Part shown: positions 34,810 through 44,085 of the stretch, piece by piece
Layout of the letters: each line of letters starts with the position of its first letter
Numbering within the stretch: the stretch's first letter is position 1
Assembly: GCA_938023515.1 (NCBI GenBank)
Contig: CALJDR010000052.1
Span: 6,615-70,614, forward strand
Direction of reading: 5' to 3'
Length of the DNA: 64,000 nt
DNA from: an uncultured Flavobacteriales bacterium
GTDB lineage: Bacteria > Bacteroidota > Bacteroidia > Flavobacteriales > UBA1820
The notes under the pieces: generated by a model
Told to the model about the DNA's origin: nothing
Seen by the model: only the letters and a program-made list of their open reading frames with translations
The model's database searches: none
Made by a program: the position numbers and the translations under genes

Positions 34810-35517
34810 TCACTTTCCACCCAATTTTCTTTCTACTTCTTCTTTCGGCAGTTTCTTCGTGCAAAAGAACCAGTCGTAACAGTGCATATCCGGATCGTCG
34901 CTCTCCATCCGCTCCTGCGCCTCTCCGCACGAACCGGCCGTAGGGACTATCACTTCGTCACCCGGACGCCAGTCCGCCGGCAGGGACACCCCGAAATTGT
35001 CGATTGTCTGCAATCCGATGAGCGTGCGTTTGATCTCGTCGAAATTGCGGCCCAACGCCATCGGGTAATAGATCACTGCTCTCACGACACTTTTAGGGTC
35101 AATAAAGAAAACGGCGCGTACGGCGGCCGTCGTACTGGCTCCCGGCTGGATCATCCCATACAGGTTGGCCACGGTCATCGATAGGTCGTCGATCAGCGGG
35201 AAACGCACAGCGATATTTTTCATTCCCCGGTATTCGATCTTGTCGTGGATCGTGCGCAGCCAAGCAATATGGCTGTGCAGCCCGTCCACCGAAAGTCCTA
35301 CCAACTGGCAGTTCAGTTCCTCGAATTCATCCTGCATCTTTCCAAAGGTCATGAATTCGGAGGTGCATACCGGCGTAAAATCGGAAGGATGGCTGAAAAG
35401 GATCACCCATTTCCCTTGGTAATCCACCGGGAACTTGATCCGTCCCTGCGTGGTCATCGCTTCAAAGGAAGGGGCCTGCTCCCCGATGCGGGGCATGGCA
35501 GCCGTTTGATTTTCCAT
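34810..35517 (-). CDS. Peroxiredoxin (Prx6-like / 1-Cys type)
   Basis: FSHPSDFTPVCTSEF peroxidatic Cys motif. Confidence 0.85.
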   Translation of the reverse strand: MENQTAAMPRIGEQAPSFEAMTTQGRIKFPVDYQGKWVILFSHPSDFTPVCTSEFMTFGKMQDEFEELNCQLVGLSVDGLHSHIAWLRTIHDKIEYRGMKNIAVRFPLIDDLSMTVANLYGMIQPGASTTAAVRAVFFIDPKSVVRAVIYYPMALGRNFDEIKRTLIGLQTIDNFGVSLPADWRPGDEVIVPTAGSCGEAQERMESDDPDMHCYDWFFCTKKLPKEEVERKLGGK

Positions 35518-35556
35518 TTTGTTATTTGTTTAGGTCGTTAATTTTTATCTGTACGG

Positions 35557-35564
35557 CAAAGATA
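35557..35564 (-). promoter_or_regulatory. -7 promoter box TATCTTTG
   Basis: Reverse complement of CAAAGATA, 40 nt upstream of the 35517 start. Confidence 0.4.
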
Positions 35565-35659
35565 CGGAAAACCGAAAGTGAATCGACTACAAACCAGTCA
35601 GATAAAATCTATATTCCTATCGACTTTATCTATTTCAGAAAGAAAAAATGAGGTATTTA

Positions 35660-36934
35660 TCAGTGGAAAAAGCTGACCAGAAGCATCACATTGAGTATCG
35701 CCACCACCCCGCCGATGGTATAAAGCAGATATTTGGTAAACGGACGGTTGCGGTATTTTCCCATCACTTTCTCGGACGAAGTGAGCCGCACCTGCAGAAA
35801 GATCGTGAACGGCAGCTGGATACTGAGGATCATCTGCGAATAGATAAGCCCCTTGAACGGATCGCTGATCACCCATATCAGCAGGCAGGCCACCACCAGG
35901 GAGATAAGCACACCCAAGCGGGAGTGGTTGTCCTTGATATCGTACGGCTCCTTGAAAATCCCGGCAAAGATAGAACCCGCCGCCATACCCGAAGTAATGG
36001 TCGAAGCGATACCGGCAAACAGGAGGGCTACGGCAAAAATGATCGTCGCATGGCTTCCCAACAGCGGAGTAAGCAGCGAATCCGCCTGTTGGAGTTCCTC
36101 TACGGGCGTTCCGTGGACAAAGAACGTCGTAGCGGCCAAAAGGATCATCGCGCTGTTGATGGCCCAGCCTATGCCCATCGAAAAGATCGTATCCACGTAT
36201 TCATAACGCAGCTGCTTGCGGATGATTTTCTCGTCGTTCAGGTTCCACTGGCGGCTCTGTATCACCTCCGAGTGGAGAAAGAGGTTGTGCGGCATCACCA
36301 CCGCCCCCAATACGCTCATGATGATGACCATCGATCCTTCGGGAAACGAAGGCGTCACCCAGGCCTTGGCCGCCTCCGGCCAATCGACGGACGTAAGCGC
36401 CAATTCATAAATGAACGACAGCCCGATGATCGATACGAATGCGATAATCCATTTCTCAATCAGTCGGTAGCTGTTGGTAAAGAGCATGATCAGCACAAAG
36501 GCCAGCACCAGTATCGACCCGATCCGCACCGGTACGCCGAACAGCATTTGCAGGGCGATAGCCCCGCCCAATATTTCCGCTAAAGATGTCGAAATAGACG
36601 CCAGTACGGCCGATCCCAAAAGTGCCCGCGAAGCCCGGGGGCGCAGATGTGCGGTAGCCGCCTCGGAGAGGCACAGGCCGGTGGCGATCCCCAAATGGGC
36701 TACGTTGTGTTGCAGGATAATGAGCATCACCGTGGAGAGCGTCACCATCCACAGCAGGGTATACCCGTACTCGGCTCCGGCGGCCAGGTTGGAAGCCCAG
36801 TTGCCAGGATCGATAAAACCGACCGTCACCAGCAGTCCGGGGCCGATATACTTGAATATCTCGAGCCCGCCCATGCGCGGATGATGACGATGCCGGTCGA
36901 ACCGGGAACGGATGCGTTTTATCAGAGATGCCAT
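35660..36934 (-). CDS. mntH: Nramp-family divalent metal (Mn2+/Fe2+) transporter
   Basis: GFIDPGNWASN (DPGN motif) in a multi-TM protein. Start chosen at MASLIKRIR, downstream of the -7 box at 36954-36961. Confidence 0.85.
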   Translation of the reverse strand: MASLIKRIRSRFDRHRHHPRMGGLEIFKYIGPGLLVTVGFIDPGNWASNLAAGAEYGYTLLWMVTLSTVMLIILQHNVAHLGIATGLCLSEAATAHLRPRASRALLGSAVLASISTSLAEILGGAIALQMLFGVPVRIGSILVLAFVLIMLFTNSYRLIEKWIIAFVSIIGLSFIYELALTSVDWPEAAKAWVTPSFPEGSMVIIMSVLGAVVMPHNLFLHSEVIQSRQWNLNDEKIIRKQLRYEYVDTIFSMGIGWAINSAMILLAATTFFVHGTPVEELQQADSLLTPLLGSHATIIFAVALLFAGIASTITSGMAAGSIFAGIFKEPYDIKDNHSRLGVLISLVVACLLIWVISDPFKGLIYSQMILSIQLPFTIFLQVRLTSSEKVMGKYRNRPFTKYLLYTIGGVVAILNVMLLVSFFH

Positions 36935-36953
36935 ATTCTTTGAAAATGCTACG

Positions 36954-36961
36954 CAAAGATA
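36954..36961 (-). promoter_or_regulatory. -7 promoter box TATCTTTG of mntH
   Basis: Reverse complement of CAAAGATA, 20 nt upstream of the ATG at 36934. Confidence 0.45.
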
Positions 36962-36970
36962 CCACATTTA

Positions 36971-37005
36971 CCGGATACAGAGGGTTATCCGGGCGGAATA
37001 TCCGG
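36971..37005. promoter_or_regulatory. Operator candidate CCGGATA-N8-TATCCGG-N6-TATCCGG
   Basis: A 7-bp inverted repeat plus a direct repeat lie just upstream of the mntH -7 box. Confidence 0.3.
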
Positions 37006-37155
37006 ACATGCTTTTTGGACAAAAATTAACATAAAAAACAGCGCCGGGAAAGGGGAAATGCAGATATTTAGGCTTTCAAAAAGGGTTCCCGGTATATCCC
37101 GGCGGCGCAAGACCAAACCCACTCACAATGAAACACATATAAAACAAACCGACAG

Positions 37156-38493
37156 ATGAAGCAAACTCTCACCTTCGATGTTTCCACTATTGCCTCCACC
37201 GAAAGCCAGATCAATGTCGACGCTTTCGACCGGAGCATGGAAGCCTTCGAAAAGAAACAGTACAACGAATCGTTCCTCACCCTGCTGGATTACATCAACC
37301 CCGAACTCCGGACAAAATTCGGGAACGCCGCCGGGGACGAATTCCACATCCCGCACGGGTCTATCGTCGTGAACATAAGCCTCAAGGACAATCGGCTGTA
37401 TATTTCGGCGCCTTTTCTGGCCCTGCCGGAAAAGAACCGGGTGCCCCTGCTGCGCCAGGTGGCCAGCCTGAACATCAACAATCTCGACCTCACGCGCATT
37501 GTCCTGCGGGAAGATAAACTGTATTTCGAGTACGGCTGCCCGATGGACATGGTCAACCCTTACAAGATATACTATATCCTAAACGAGATCTGCCAGACGG
37601 GCGACCGCTACGACGATGAGTTTTCCACTAAATTCGGCGCACAGCGCATCTACGAGCCCAAGATCACCCCGTACGACGCCGAAATGGTAGACCGGGTGTA
37701 CGACGTAATCCAACTCAGCTGCCGGGAGTGCCTCGATGCGGTAAAATACTTTGAAAGCGAACGCAAATACAGCTATGCCTGGAACATTCTGGCCAGCACG
37801 ATGCTCAAAGTCCTGTATTTCGCCCATCCGCAGGGCCAGTTGCTCAACGACCTGGACAAGGCCGTCAAGGAACACGACCGGGAGGACATCCCCCTGCCGG
37901 AGATCGTGGCGCGCGGGAAAGAGACCGTCGCTTGGATGCAGGGGCTGAGCAAAGAACAACTGGCCCAAGACCTATACTTCGTAGAGACGTTCGTACCAGG
38001 CAAACGCCGCTCCAACCTGAAGAACATCCAGGAAAATTTCAAGAATACCTACACCAACGCCACCAGCGCGCTGGAAGGGGGCGACTACATGGCCTGCTGC
38101 GTGATGATCGTCTACAAGTTCTACGAGATGTACTATTACAACGATGTACAGGACGATGTCAACGCCGTAGTGGTGCGTGCGATGAAAGCCGCCTCGGCTA
38201 AACCTTGGGAAGAGGCTGCCCCCATCCTTCAGGATGCCCTGGACGATATCATGGAAGGCGAACTGGACCTTTTGCCCGAGGACGGGGAAGAGGAAGAAGT
38301 GGATATGTCGGCCTATATGCAAAATATGCAGGCGTTCCAGCAGCAAGCCCTGGCCATGCAGCAACAGGCGATGGCCAATGCCCAGCAGGCAATGCAAGGC
38401 GTCGATATGGCGGAATACATGAAGAACATCCAGAAGATGATGTCCTCCATGATGGGCGGCGCAGCCGGCAACGACAATACGGACAAAGAATAA
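37156..38493 (+). CDS. Hypothetical protein: N-terminal domain shared with the next gene, helical middle, acidic stretch and Met/Gln-rich tail
   Basis: The shared domain is FHIPHGSIVVNISLKDNRLYISAPFLALPEKNRVPLLRQV.... The tail is EEEEVDMSAYMQNMQAFQQQALAMQQQAMANAQQAMQGVDMAEYMKNIQKMMSSMMGG. Confidence 0.6.
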   Translation: MKQTLTFDVSTIASTESQINVDAFDRSMEAFEKKQYNESFLTLLDYINPELRTKFGNAAGDEFHIPHGSIVVNISLKDNRLYISAPFLALPEKNRVPLLRQVASLNINNLDLTRIVLREDKLYFEYGCPMDMVNPYKIYYILNEICQTGDRYDDEFSTKFGAQRIYEPKITPYDAEMVDRVYDVIQLSCRECLDAVKYFESERKYSYAWNILASTMLKVLYFAHPQGQLLNDLDKAVKEHDREDIPLPEIVARGKETVAWMQGLSKEQLAQDLYFVETFVPGKRRSNLKNIQENFKNTYTNATSALEGGDYMACCVMIVYKFYEMYYYNDVQDDVNAVVVRAMKAASAKPWEEAAPILQDALDDIMEGELDLLPEDGEEEEVDMSAYMQNMQAFQQQALAMQQQAMANAQQAMQGVDMAEYMKNIQKMMSSMMGGAAGNDNTDKE

Positions 38494-38508
38494 AAACCGA
38501 AACGAACC

Positions 38509-39591
38509 ATGGAACAAAATATATACAACACAGTTTATAAAGTCAACCATGCCGGGGGTTCCGGCACTTGTTTTTACCTGAAACCCCTCGGGCTTTTCGT
38601 AACCAACTACCATGTGGTGGAAGGCTTCCGGAAGGTCGCCCTGCAGGACAACGACCGCAATGCCTTCCTGGCGGACGTCGTGCTGGCCAACCCGGAACTT
38701 GACATTGCCCTGTTAAAAGGCCACGGCGATTTTTCCGCCCTGCCGGAGATCGCCCTGCCCGAGCGCGGCGAAGTATCGATCGGACAGCGGGTCAACGTGG
38801 GCGGCTATCCGTTCGGGATGCCCTTTACCGTGACCGAAGGAACGGTTTCCTCTCCGAAACAGCTGATGGAGAACCACTATTACATCCAGACCGACGCAGC
38901 CGTCAACCCAGGCAACAGCGGCGGCCCGATGTTCAACGACAAAGGCGAACTGGTAGCCATTACCGTCAGCAAATTCAACGATGCAGACAACATGGGCTTC
39001 GGTATCCCGGTGGATACCCTGCGGACGCTTCTGGACACCCTGGAAGGATTGGATACCGACGCTTTCCACGTACAGTGCGGCAGCTGCGACGAACTGATCG
39101 ACCACGCGGAAGAATACTGCCCTTCGTGCGGGGACAAACTGCCGGAAAACGTATTCAAGGAGTATTCCCTGACCGACCTGGCCGTATTCTGCGAAGAGGC
39201 TATCCGCGGTATGGGCATCGACCCGGTGCTGGCCCGCGTAGGCTACGAATCGTGGAAATTCCACAAAGGCAGCTCCGAAATACGGATGTTCGTCTACCAG
39301 CGTTCGTACCTCTTCTGCACTTCGCCCATCAACGTGCTGCCTAAAAAGAACCTCGAACCGGTGCTTACCTACCTGCTGGGCGCCGACCACGGGCCGTACA
39401 AAATGGGGATCGAGGGCAACCAAATCTACATCGCCTACCGCGTTCACATATCGGATGTTTTTTCCGAGCACGGCGCAGAGGTGAAAAAGAATCTGACCGA
39501 CTTAGCTTTCAAGGCCGACGAACTGGACAACTACCTGGCAGACACCTTCGGCTGCGAGCTTTCGGAATACGCAAAAAAAGACGCCGTCTGA
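38509..39591 (+). CDS. Cytoplasmic trypsin-like (S1C-type) serine protease fused to a zinc ribbon and a C-terminal domain homologous to the N-terminus of 37156-38493
   Basis: Catalytic triad context is NYHVV, DIALLK and GNSGGP. The zinc ribbon is CGSCDELIDHAEEYCPSCG. The C-terminal domain is WKFHKGSSEIRMFVYQRSYLFCTSPINVLPKKNLEPVLTYLL. No signal peptide. Confidence 0.7.
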   Translation: MEQNIYNTVYKVNHAGGSGTCFYLKPLGLFVTNYHVVEGFRKVALQDNDRNAFLADVVLANPELDIALLKGHGDFSALPEIALPERGEVSIGQRVNVGGYPFGMPFTVTEGTVSSPKQLMENHYYIQTDAAVNPGNSGGPMFNDKGELVAITVSKFNDADNMGFGIPVDTLRTLLDTLEGLDTDAFHVQCGSCDELIDHAEEYCPSCGDKLPENVFKEYSLTDLAVFCEEAIRGMGIDPVLARVGYESWKFHKGSSEIRMFVYQRSYLFCTSPINVLPKKNLEPVLTYLLGADHGPYKMGIEGNQIYIAYRVHISDVFSEHGAEVKKNLTDLAFKADELDNYLADTFGCELSEYAKKDAV

Positions 39592-39614
39592 AACGACGGG
39601 GAATCTATACAACC

Positions 39615-39647
39615 AAAAAGGCCGGGCTTTTCAGCCCGGCCTTTTTG
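39615..39647. terminator. Bidirectional terminator
   Basis: AAAGGCCGGGCT / AGCCCGGCCTTT stem flanked by A- and T-runs, between convergent genes. Confidence 0.7.
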
Positions 39648-39663
39648 ATATCATACATCCGGC

Positions 39664-40149
39664 TCATGCTTTCTTCCCACACCGGCGGACGAAAGCCACC
39701 GGATGCTGGATAACTTCGGCGGTCTGTTCCACAGAGTACCCTTGCGCCAGGTAACGCCGGGCGATGACGGCCATCGATTCGCCGATCTCTATCATATGCC
39801 CGTCCGGGTCGTAAATGCGCACCACCCGCTGCTGCCAGTCGTGCTTCTTCGGCGGATGAACGTATTCCACACCGGGGTAATCGCGGAGCCGATCCAGAAA
39901 AGCGTCGAAATCGTCCGCTTCGAAATAGAGCTCCATATTCCGGGATTTCTCCACCGGAAAATCCTCGGGAATGCCCGTCAGCCACGCGAAATCCTCCTGC
40001 ACGGCGAACCCTCCGCTGAACGTCACGTTCTTGCCCAGATCGAGTACCACCCGCTGCCCGAGCAGTTCCCCGTAGAACTTTTTGGATACCTCCACGTCCC
40101 GGACAGCTAACAAGGCCACCCGGTATTTCAAGTCTTTTGGTCGTTCCAC
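39664..40149 (-). CDS. VOC/glyoxalase-family protein
   Basis: VALLAVRDVEVSKKFYGELLG, typical of a glyoxalase/bleomycin-resistance fold N-terminus. Confidence 0.65.
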   Translation of the reverse strand: MERPKDLKYRVALLAVRDVEVSKKFYGELLGQRVVLDLGKNVTFSGGFAVQEDFAWLTGIPEDFPVEKSRNMELYFEADDFDAFLDRLRDYPGVEYVHPPKKHDWQQRVVRIYDPDGHMIEIGESMAVIARRYLAQGYSVEQTAEVIQHPVAFVRRCGKKA

Positions 40150-40181
40150 TATTTTTGTTTCTATTTCAATGGATTTACCCT

Positions 40182-41213
40182 CTAAATATCCAAATCGTAT
40201 ACATAGAGTTTTTCAAAATCCGCCTCCCAGTCGAACGCATACAATTTACCGCCGGCAGCCATCATCGAATTGACCGTTTTATCCAGACGGTATTTCTTCA
40301 CCGGGTTGCCGTCCCAGTCGTATACCAGGACATTCGAAGCCTTCACCTGACGTTCCCCCTGCCCGTCCAGTTCATAATACGCCTCCATCACATAGAGATA
40401 CTTCCCGTCGGTACGCGATTCGTAGTATTCACACCCTTTTTTCCGCCCGTAAAAATCAGTGTCTTTCAATTCGGAAGCCGGTGTCCTGTCGCCCCACGTT
40501 TTCTTCAGGTCCAATTTCCCGGCCGAAATATCGTAAAACTCGATCCGACCGGTTTCAGGATATACGGCGGCATATTTTCCCCCGTTCTGCACCCCCCATG
40601 ATTCATTCTCATAATACCCCCCGTCACGCTCGGGGTAAAACACCGCCTGGCTGGCTGTAGAATCGAGCACCCGGCCGGTCGCCATATCCCGCAGGTACAA
40701 TAATACGGCATCCCATTTCGTATTGATACCGTCCTTTACCAACAGAGAATCGGCCGGCGGAACAGGGCTGTTATGGGTTCTACCCTGCCCGATCCGCTTC
40801 ATTCCCCGGGCGACCAGCCTGGTATCGGAGGCTGTAAAGTCGAAGAGCATCCCGTTACAGGTGATCGAAAAAAGACCGTCCTGTTGGTAGCGGTTTACCA
40901 TTTCCGGGTAAGCGGATGGTATCTCATCCGGGCCGTTCCCTACGCGAAGTCCCTTATACAGGAACTCGACCGCCGGAAGGCGATATACGTGCATCAGACT
41001 GTCGCCTTTATTGGAAAGCAGCAACATTTTATCCCCGGATACGGCATACCGGCGCGGCTGCACGATTTCCCCGATCGCCACACTGTCCGCCCGGAGTTCC
41101 ACCGCTTGTCCGAAACCGTTCGCATCGGTTTTACTCTGGCTATCTCCGCCGCATGCGGCAGCAAAACAAACGGCAAGCACGGCAAAAGCCGGGATAAGCT
41201 TGTCTCTTTTCAT
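40182..41213 (-). CDS. Beta-propeller-type lipoprotein, paralog 3 of 3
   Basis: Lipobox is LAVCFAAAC. Shared motifs are VSGDKMLLLS, HVYRLPAVEFLY, GNGPDE, VLVYDWDGNPVKKYRL and YVYDLDI. Confidence 0.65.
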   Translation of the reverse strand: MKRDKLIPAFAVLAVCFAAACGGDSQSKTDANGFGQAVELRADSVAIGEIVQPRRYAVSGDKMLLLSNKGDSLMHVYRLPAVEFLYKGLRVGNGPDEIPSAYPEMVNRYQQDGLFSITCNGMLFDFTASDTRLVARGMKRIGQGRTHNSPVPPADSLLVKDGINTKWDAVLLYLRDMATGRVLDSTASQAVFYPERDGGYYENESWGVQNGGKYAAVYPETGRIEFYDISAGKLDLKKTWGDRTPASELKDTDFYGRKKGCEYYESRTDGKYLYVMEAYYELDGQGERQVKASNVLVYDWDGNPVKKYRLDKTVNSMMAAGGKLYAFDWEADFEKLYVYDLDI

Positions 41214-41246
41214 AGTCAGTAAAATAGGTTTGTCAGCAAAAATACC

Positions 41247-42482
41247 TCAGAGCCCGAAAAGGGTGTAATACTGGCCGGTGACATAATCCTCCAGCCAGGT
41301 GTAGAGTTCGTTCATCTGCTTCACGTCCACCTTTCCGTCCTTGTGCCACTGTTCGAGTACCGGCTTCGACCGGGCGAACACGGCTTTTTCCACCGGTTCG
41401 AGCAGCTGCATATAGCCCGTACCAGCCGGGTTGAAGATAAGTTCCCAATTGAAATATTCGGAAGTACCCATTCCCTGCGTGTACGAGAATATGCGGTTGC
41501 GCAAGGTCATAGCCTTGTCGCACAAAGGTGCTACCCCGCTTTTTTCATCCCACAGCACCATCGGAGGGAGTTTTTCGGCATTCTTCACCCACAAGGGCAC
41601 CGCTACCCCTACCGGCGGGTAATTGAATAAAGTCCACATCGTGGTCAACTCGGGGGCCTCCCCTTTCTTCACGCCTTGTATCACGACGGAACTGCCCGTG
41701 CTTTTGCGCGGGATGAAATCCTTATCCAAAAACCAGCCGGTGGTCTTAGGCTTGTTGTAATTGCCGTCCCGCAGGTCTATCCCCAGCATCTGGTTCTTGA
41801 AGCAGCGCGCCAGATCGGAAAATATCCATTGGGGCGTAATAGTCCCCGTCGCACAGTTGCGCATCAGTTCCACATCCTCGTTCATAAAGCGGACATAGCC
41901 GGCCCCGGCATTCAGTTCCCCGGAAAACGAGAAATTGGTCCGGGCAATGTAGCCCAACGGAGCATCCTTGGGATCGTTGGCATCGAACATCACGTACTTA
42001 TAATAGCCCACCTCAAACATAGCCGCCCCGCCTTGGGCATCAATCACGCCAAAATTGGCTTCGATCAGGCTCGGCTTGGAAAGCGTATCGAGAAAGACGC
42101 GGAAATCCTCGATCGTGGCGCATACTTCCAGCGCCCGTGTCATCACACGGCCGTTGGCATCGCCGCGCTCTTCCCCGGATTTTACTTCCACCAGGTTGTA
42201 TGATTGGGTGTTCATGATGGAAAATCCGGCGGAGTTCGTTCCGATCCAGATTTCGGTCGGGTCTTTCACACTGTTGACGATCGCGATAAAGGGGTATTTC
42301 CCCCCGGTGAAATACTTCACCGCATTCTGCACATTGCCTGTATCGCGGTTTTTCCACAGCAGAGGGCGTCCGTCAGGAGTTATTTTGCCGGATATCACCG
42401 CCGAAGTACAGGCAGAAAGGGTTCCGGGAACAGTCGTTCCCGCCAGGAAAAAGGCGAAAACAAAGAGAGCATATTTTTTCAT
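41247..42482 (-). CDS. Secreted Ntn-hydrolase-type peptidase (C69/C45-like)
   Basis: The signal peptide ends ...LSA followed by CTSAVISGKITPDGRPLLWKNRDT. This resembles the N-terminal nucleophile Cys region of C69 dipeptidases. Confidence 0.55.
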   Translation of the reverse strand: MKKYALFVFAFFLAGTTVPGTLSACTSAVISGKITPDGRPLLWKNRDTGNVQNAVKYFTGGKYPFIAIVNSVKDPTEIWIGTNSAGFSIMNTQSYNLVEVKSGEERGDANGRVMTRALEVCATIEDFRVFLDTLSKPSLIEANFGVIDAQGGAAMFEVGYYKYVMFDANDPKDAPLGYIARTNFSFSGELNAGAGYVRFMNEDVELMRNCATGTITPQWIFSDLARCFKNQMLGIDLRDGNYNKPKTTGWFLDKDFIPRKSTGSSVVIQGVKKGEAPELTTMWTLFNYPPVGVAVPLWVKNAEKLPPMVLWDEKSGVAPLCDKAMTLRNRIFSYTQGMGTSEYFNWELIFNPAGTGYMQLLEPVEKAVFARSKPVLEQWHKDGKVDVKQMNELYTWLEDYVTGQYYTLFGL

Positions 42483-42548
42483 GGGTCGAGTGTTTTTATT
42501 AAATAGGTCGATAAATATAACCATTTTTTACTACCCTTGGTAGTCTTT

Positions 42549-43970
42549 TTACAGTTTGCGTACCTTCCACCGGTACGCCCACAGGATAAACCATACCGCA
42601 GAAGCGGCCACACAGGTCATCCCCAGCGCATACGACATGCCGGACGGAAGGCCTAACCCTTCCGGAGCGATAAAAATATAAGTAGTACAAACGGCCGTCA
42701 TGAACAGGGCCGGAACGAACGTGACCCAGTAGAATTTCCTCTCCCGGTACAGCCAAACCGTCACCGCCCAAAGGGTAAAAACAGCCAGTGTTTGGTTGCT
42801 CCAGGCGAAATACCGCCATATTTTGGCAAAACCGTTGGCATCGCTCATGCTGTAGAACAGGATACCCATTGCCCCCAGGAACATCGGCACGGAGATGTAA
42901 AGGCGCTTAGCCAGGCTTTTTTGTTCTATTTTCAAAAAATCCGCCACAATGAGCCGGGCCGAGCGGAACGCCGTATCGCCCGAAGTAATGGGCGCTGCGA
43001 TCACACCGAGCATCGCCAGCACACTTCCCACTGTTCCCAGCCAACCGATCGTGATATCGTTCACCACTACCGCCGCATTCGATTCCCCAAAACCTTCGCG
43101 GTGAAAAAAATAAGTGGCTGCCGCAGCCCATATCAGGGCGACGATCCCTTCACAGACCATCGACCCGTAAAAAATAGGCCGCCCCTGCTTTTCATTGGTC
43201 ATACAGCGTGCCATCATGGGCGATTGGGTGGCATGGAATCCGGATATAGCCCCGCATGCAATGGAAATAAACATGATGGGAAATATCGGAAGGCCTTCCG
43301 GCTGGGGATTGGGCATCCCGTCCCACAATTCCGGAAGCTGCGGATGGTGGACGAAGAGCATCACCAATATTCCCAGGGCCATGAAAAGCAGCGCAGCGCC
43401 GAAAAGCGGATATATTCGCCCGATGATCTTGTCTATCGGCAGCAGGGTTGCCAGGATATAATAGATGAAAACGACGACTATCCAGAATGTGGCGTTCAGG
43501 CGATCGGGGGTGAGCCGGGCCAAAAGTTGGGACGGTCCGTCCACAAATACGGCACCGACCAATATCATCAATAGTACGGTAAATACGCACATGATCTGCT
43601 TGGCATATTTACCCAGGCACATTCCGATGATCTCCGGCAGGCTTTTCCCCCCATAACGCAGGGACAGCATCCCGGCCATATAATCGTGTACGGCCCCGGC
43701 AAACAAGGTTCCCAGGACGATCCACAGGTAGGACGATATGCCGAATTTTGCACCCAGGATCGCCCCGAATATAGGACCTAAACCGGCTATATTGAGAAAT
43801 TGGATCATGAATATTTTCCAGCGGGGAAGCACGACAAAATCCACTCCGTCCGGATTGGCTACGGCCGGGGTTATCCGACCCGGGTCCGGCCCGAAAATCC
43901 GTTCCACCACCCGTCCATACACGAAATACCCAGCGATGAGCACCGCCAGGCAAACCGAAAAACTTATCAT
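42549..43970 (-). CDS. cstA: Carbon starvation protein A family transporter
   Basis: MISFSVCLAVLIAGYFVYGRVVERIFGPD N-terminus and a multi-TM CstA-like sequence. Confidence 0.8.
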   Translation of the reverse strand: MISFSVCLAVLIAGYFVYGRVVERIFGPDPGRITPAVANPDGVDFVVLPRWKIFMIQFLNIAGLGPIFGAILGAKFGISSYLWIVLGTLFAGAVHDYMAGMLSLRYGGKSLPEIIGMCLGKYAKQIMCVFTVLLMILVGAVFVDGPSQLLARLTPDRLNATFWIVVVFIYYILATLLPIDKIIGRIYPLFGAALLFMALGILVMLFVHHPQLPELWDGMPNPQPEGLPIFPIMFISIACGAISGFHATQSPMMARCMTNEKQGRPIFYGSMVCEGIVALIWAAAATYFFHREGFGESNAAVVVNDITIGWLGTVGSVLAMLGVIAAPITSGDTAFRSARLIVADFLKIEQKSLAKRLYISVPMFLGAMGILFYSMSDANGFAKIWRYFAWSNQTLAVFTLWAVTVWLYRERKFYWVTFVPALFMTAVCTTYIFIAPEGLGLPSGMSYALGMTCVAASAVWFILWAYRWKVRKL

Positions 43971-44085
43971 CCTTTCATTGATTTGTCAATACAGACACAA
44001 AAATACACAACGCAAAACACTTTTTACCATTATAAAAACGGTTTTTTCGTGTTTTTAACACAAATATCCTATTTTAAAATGCAAG

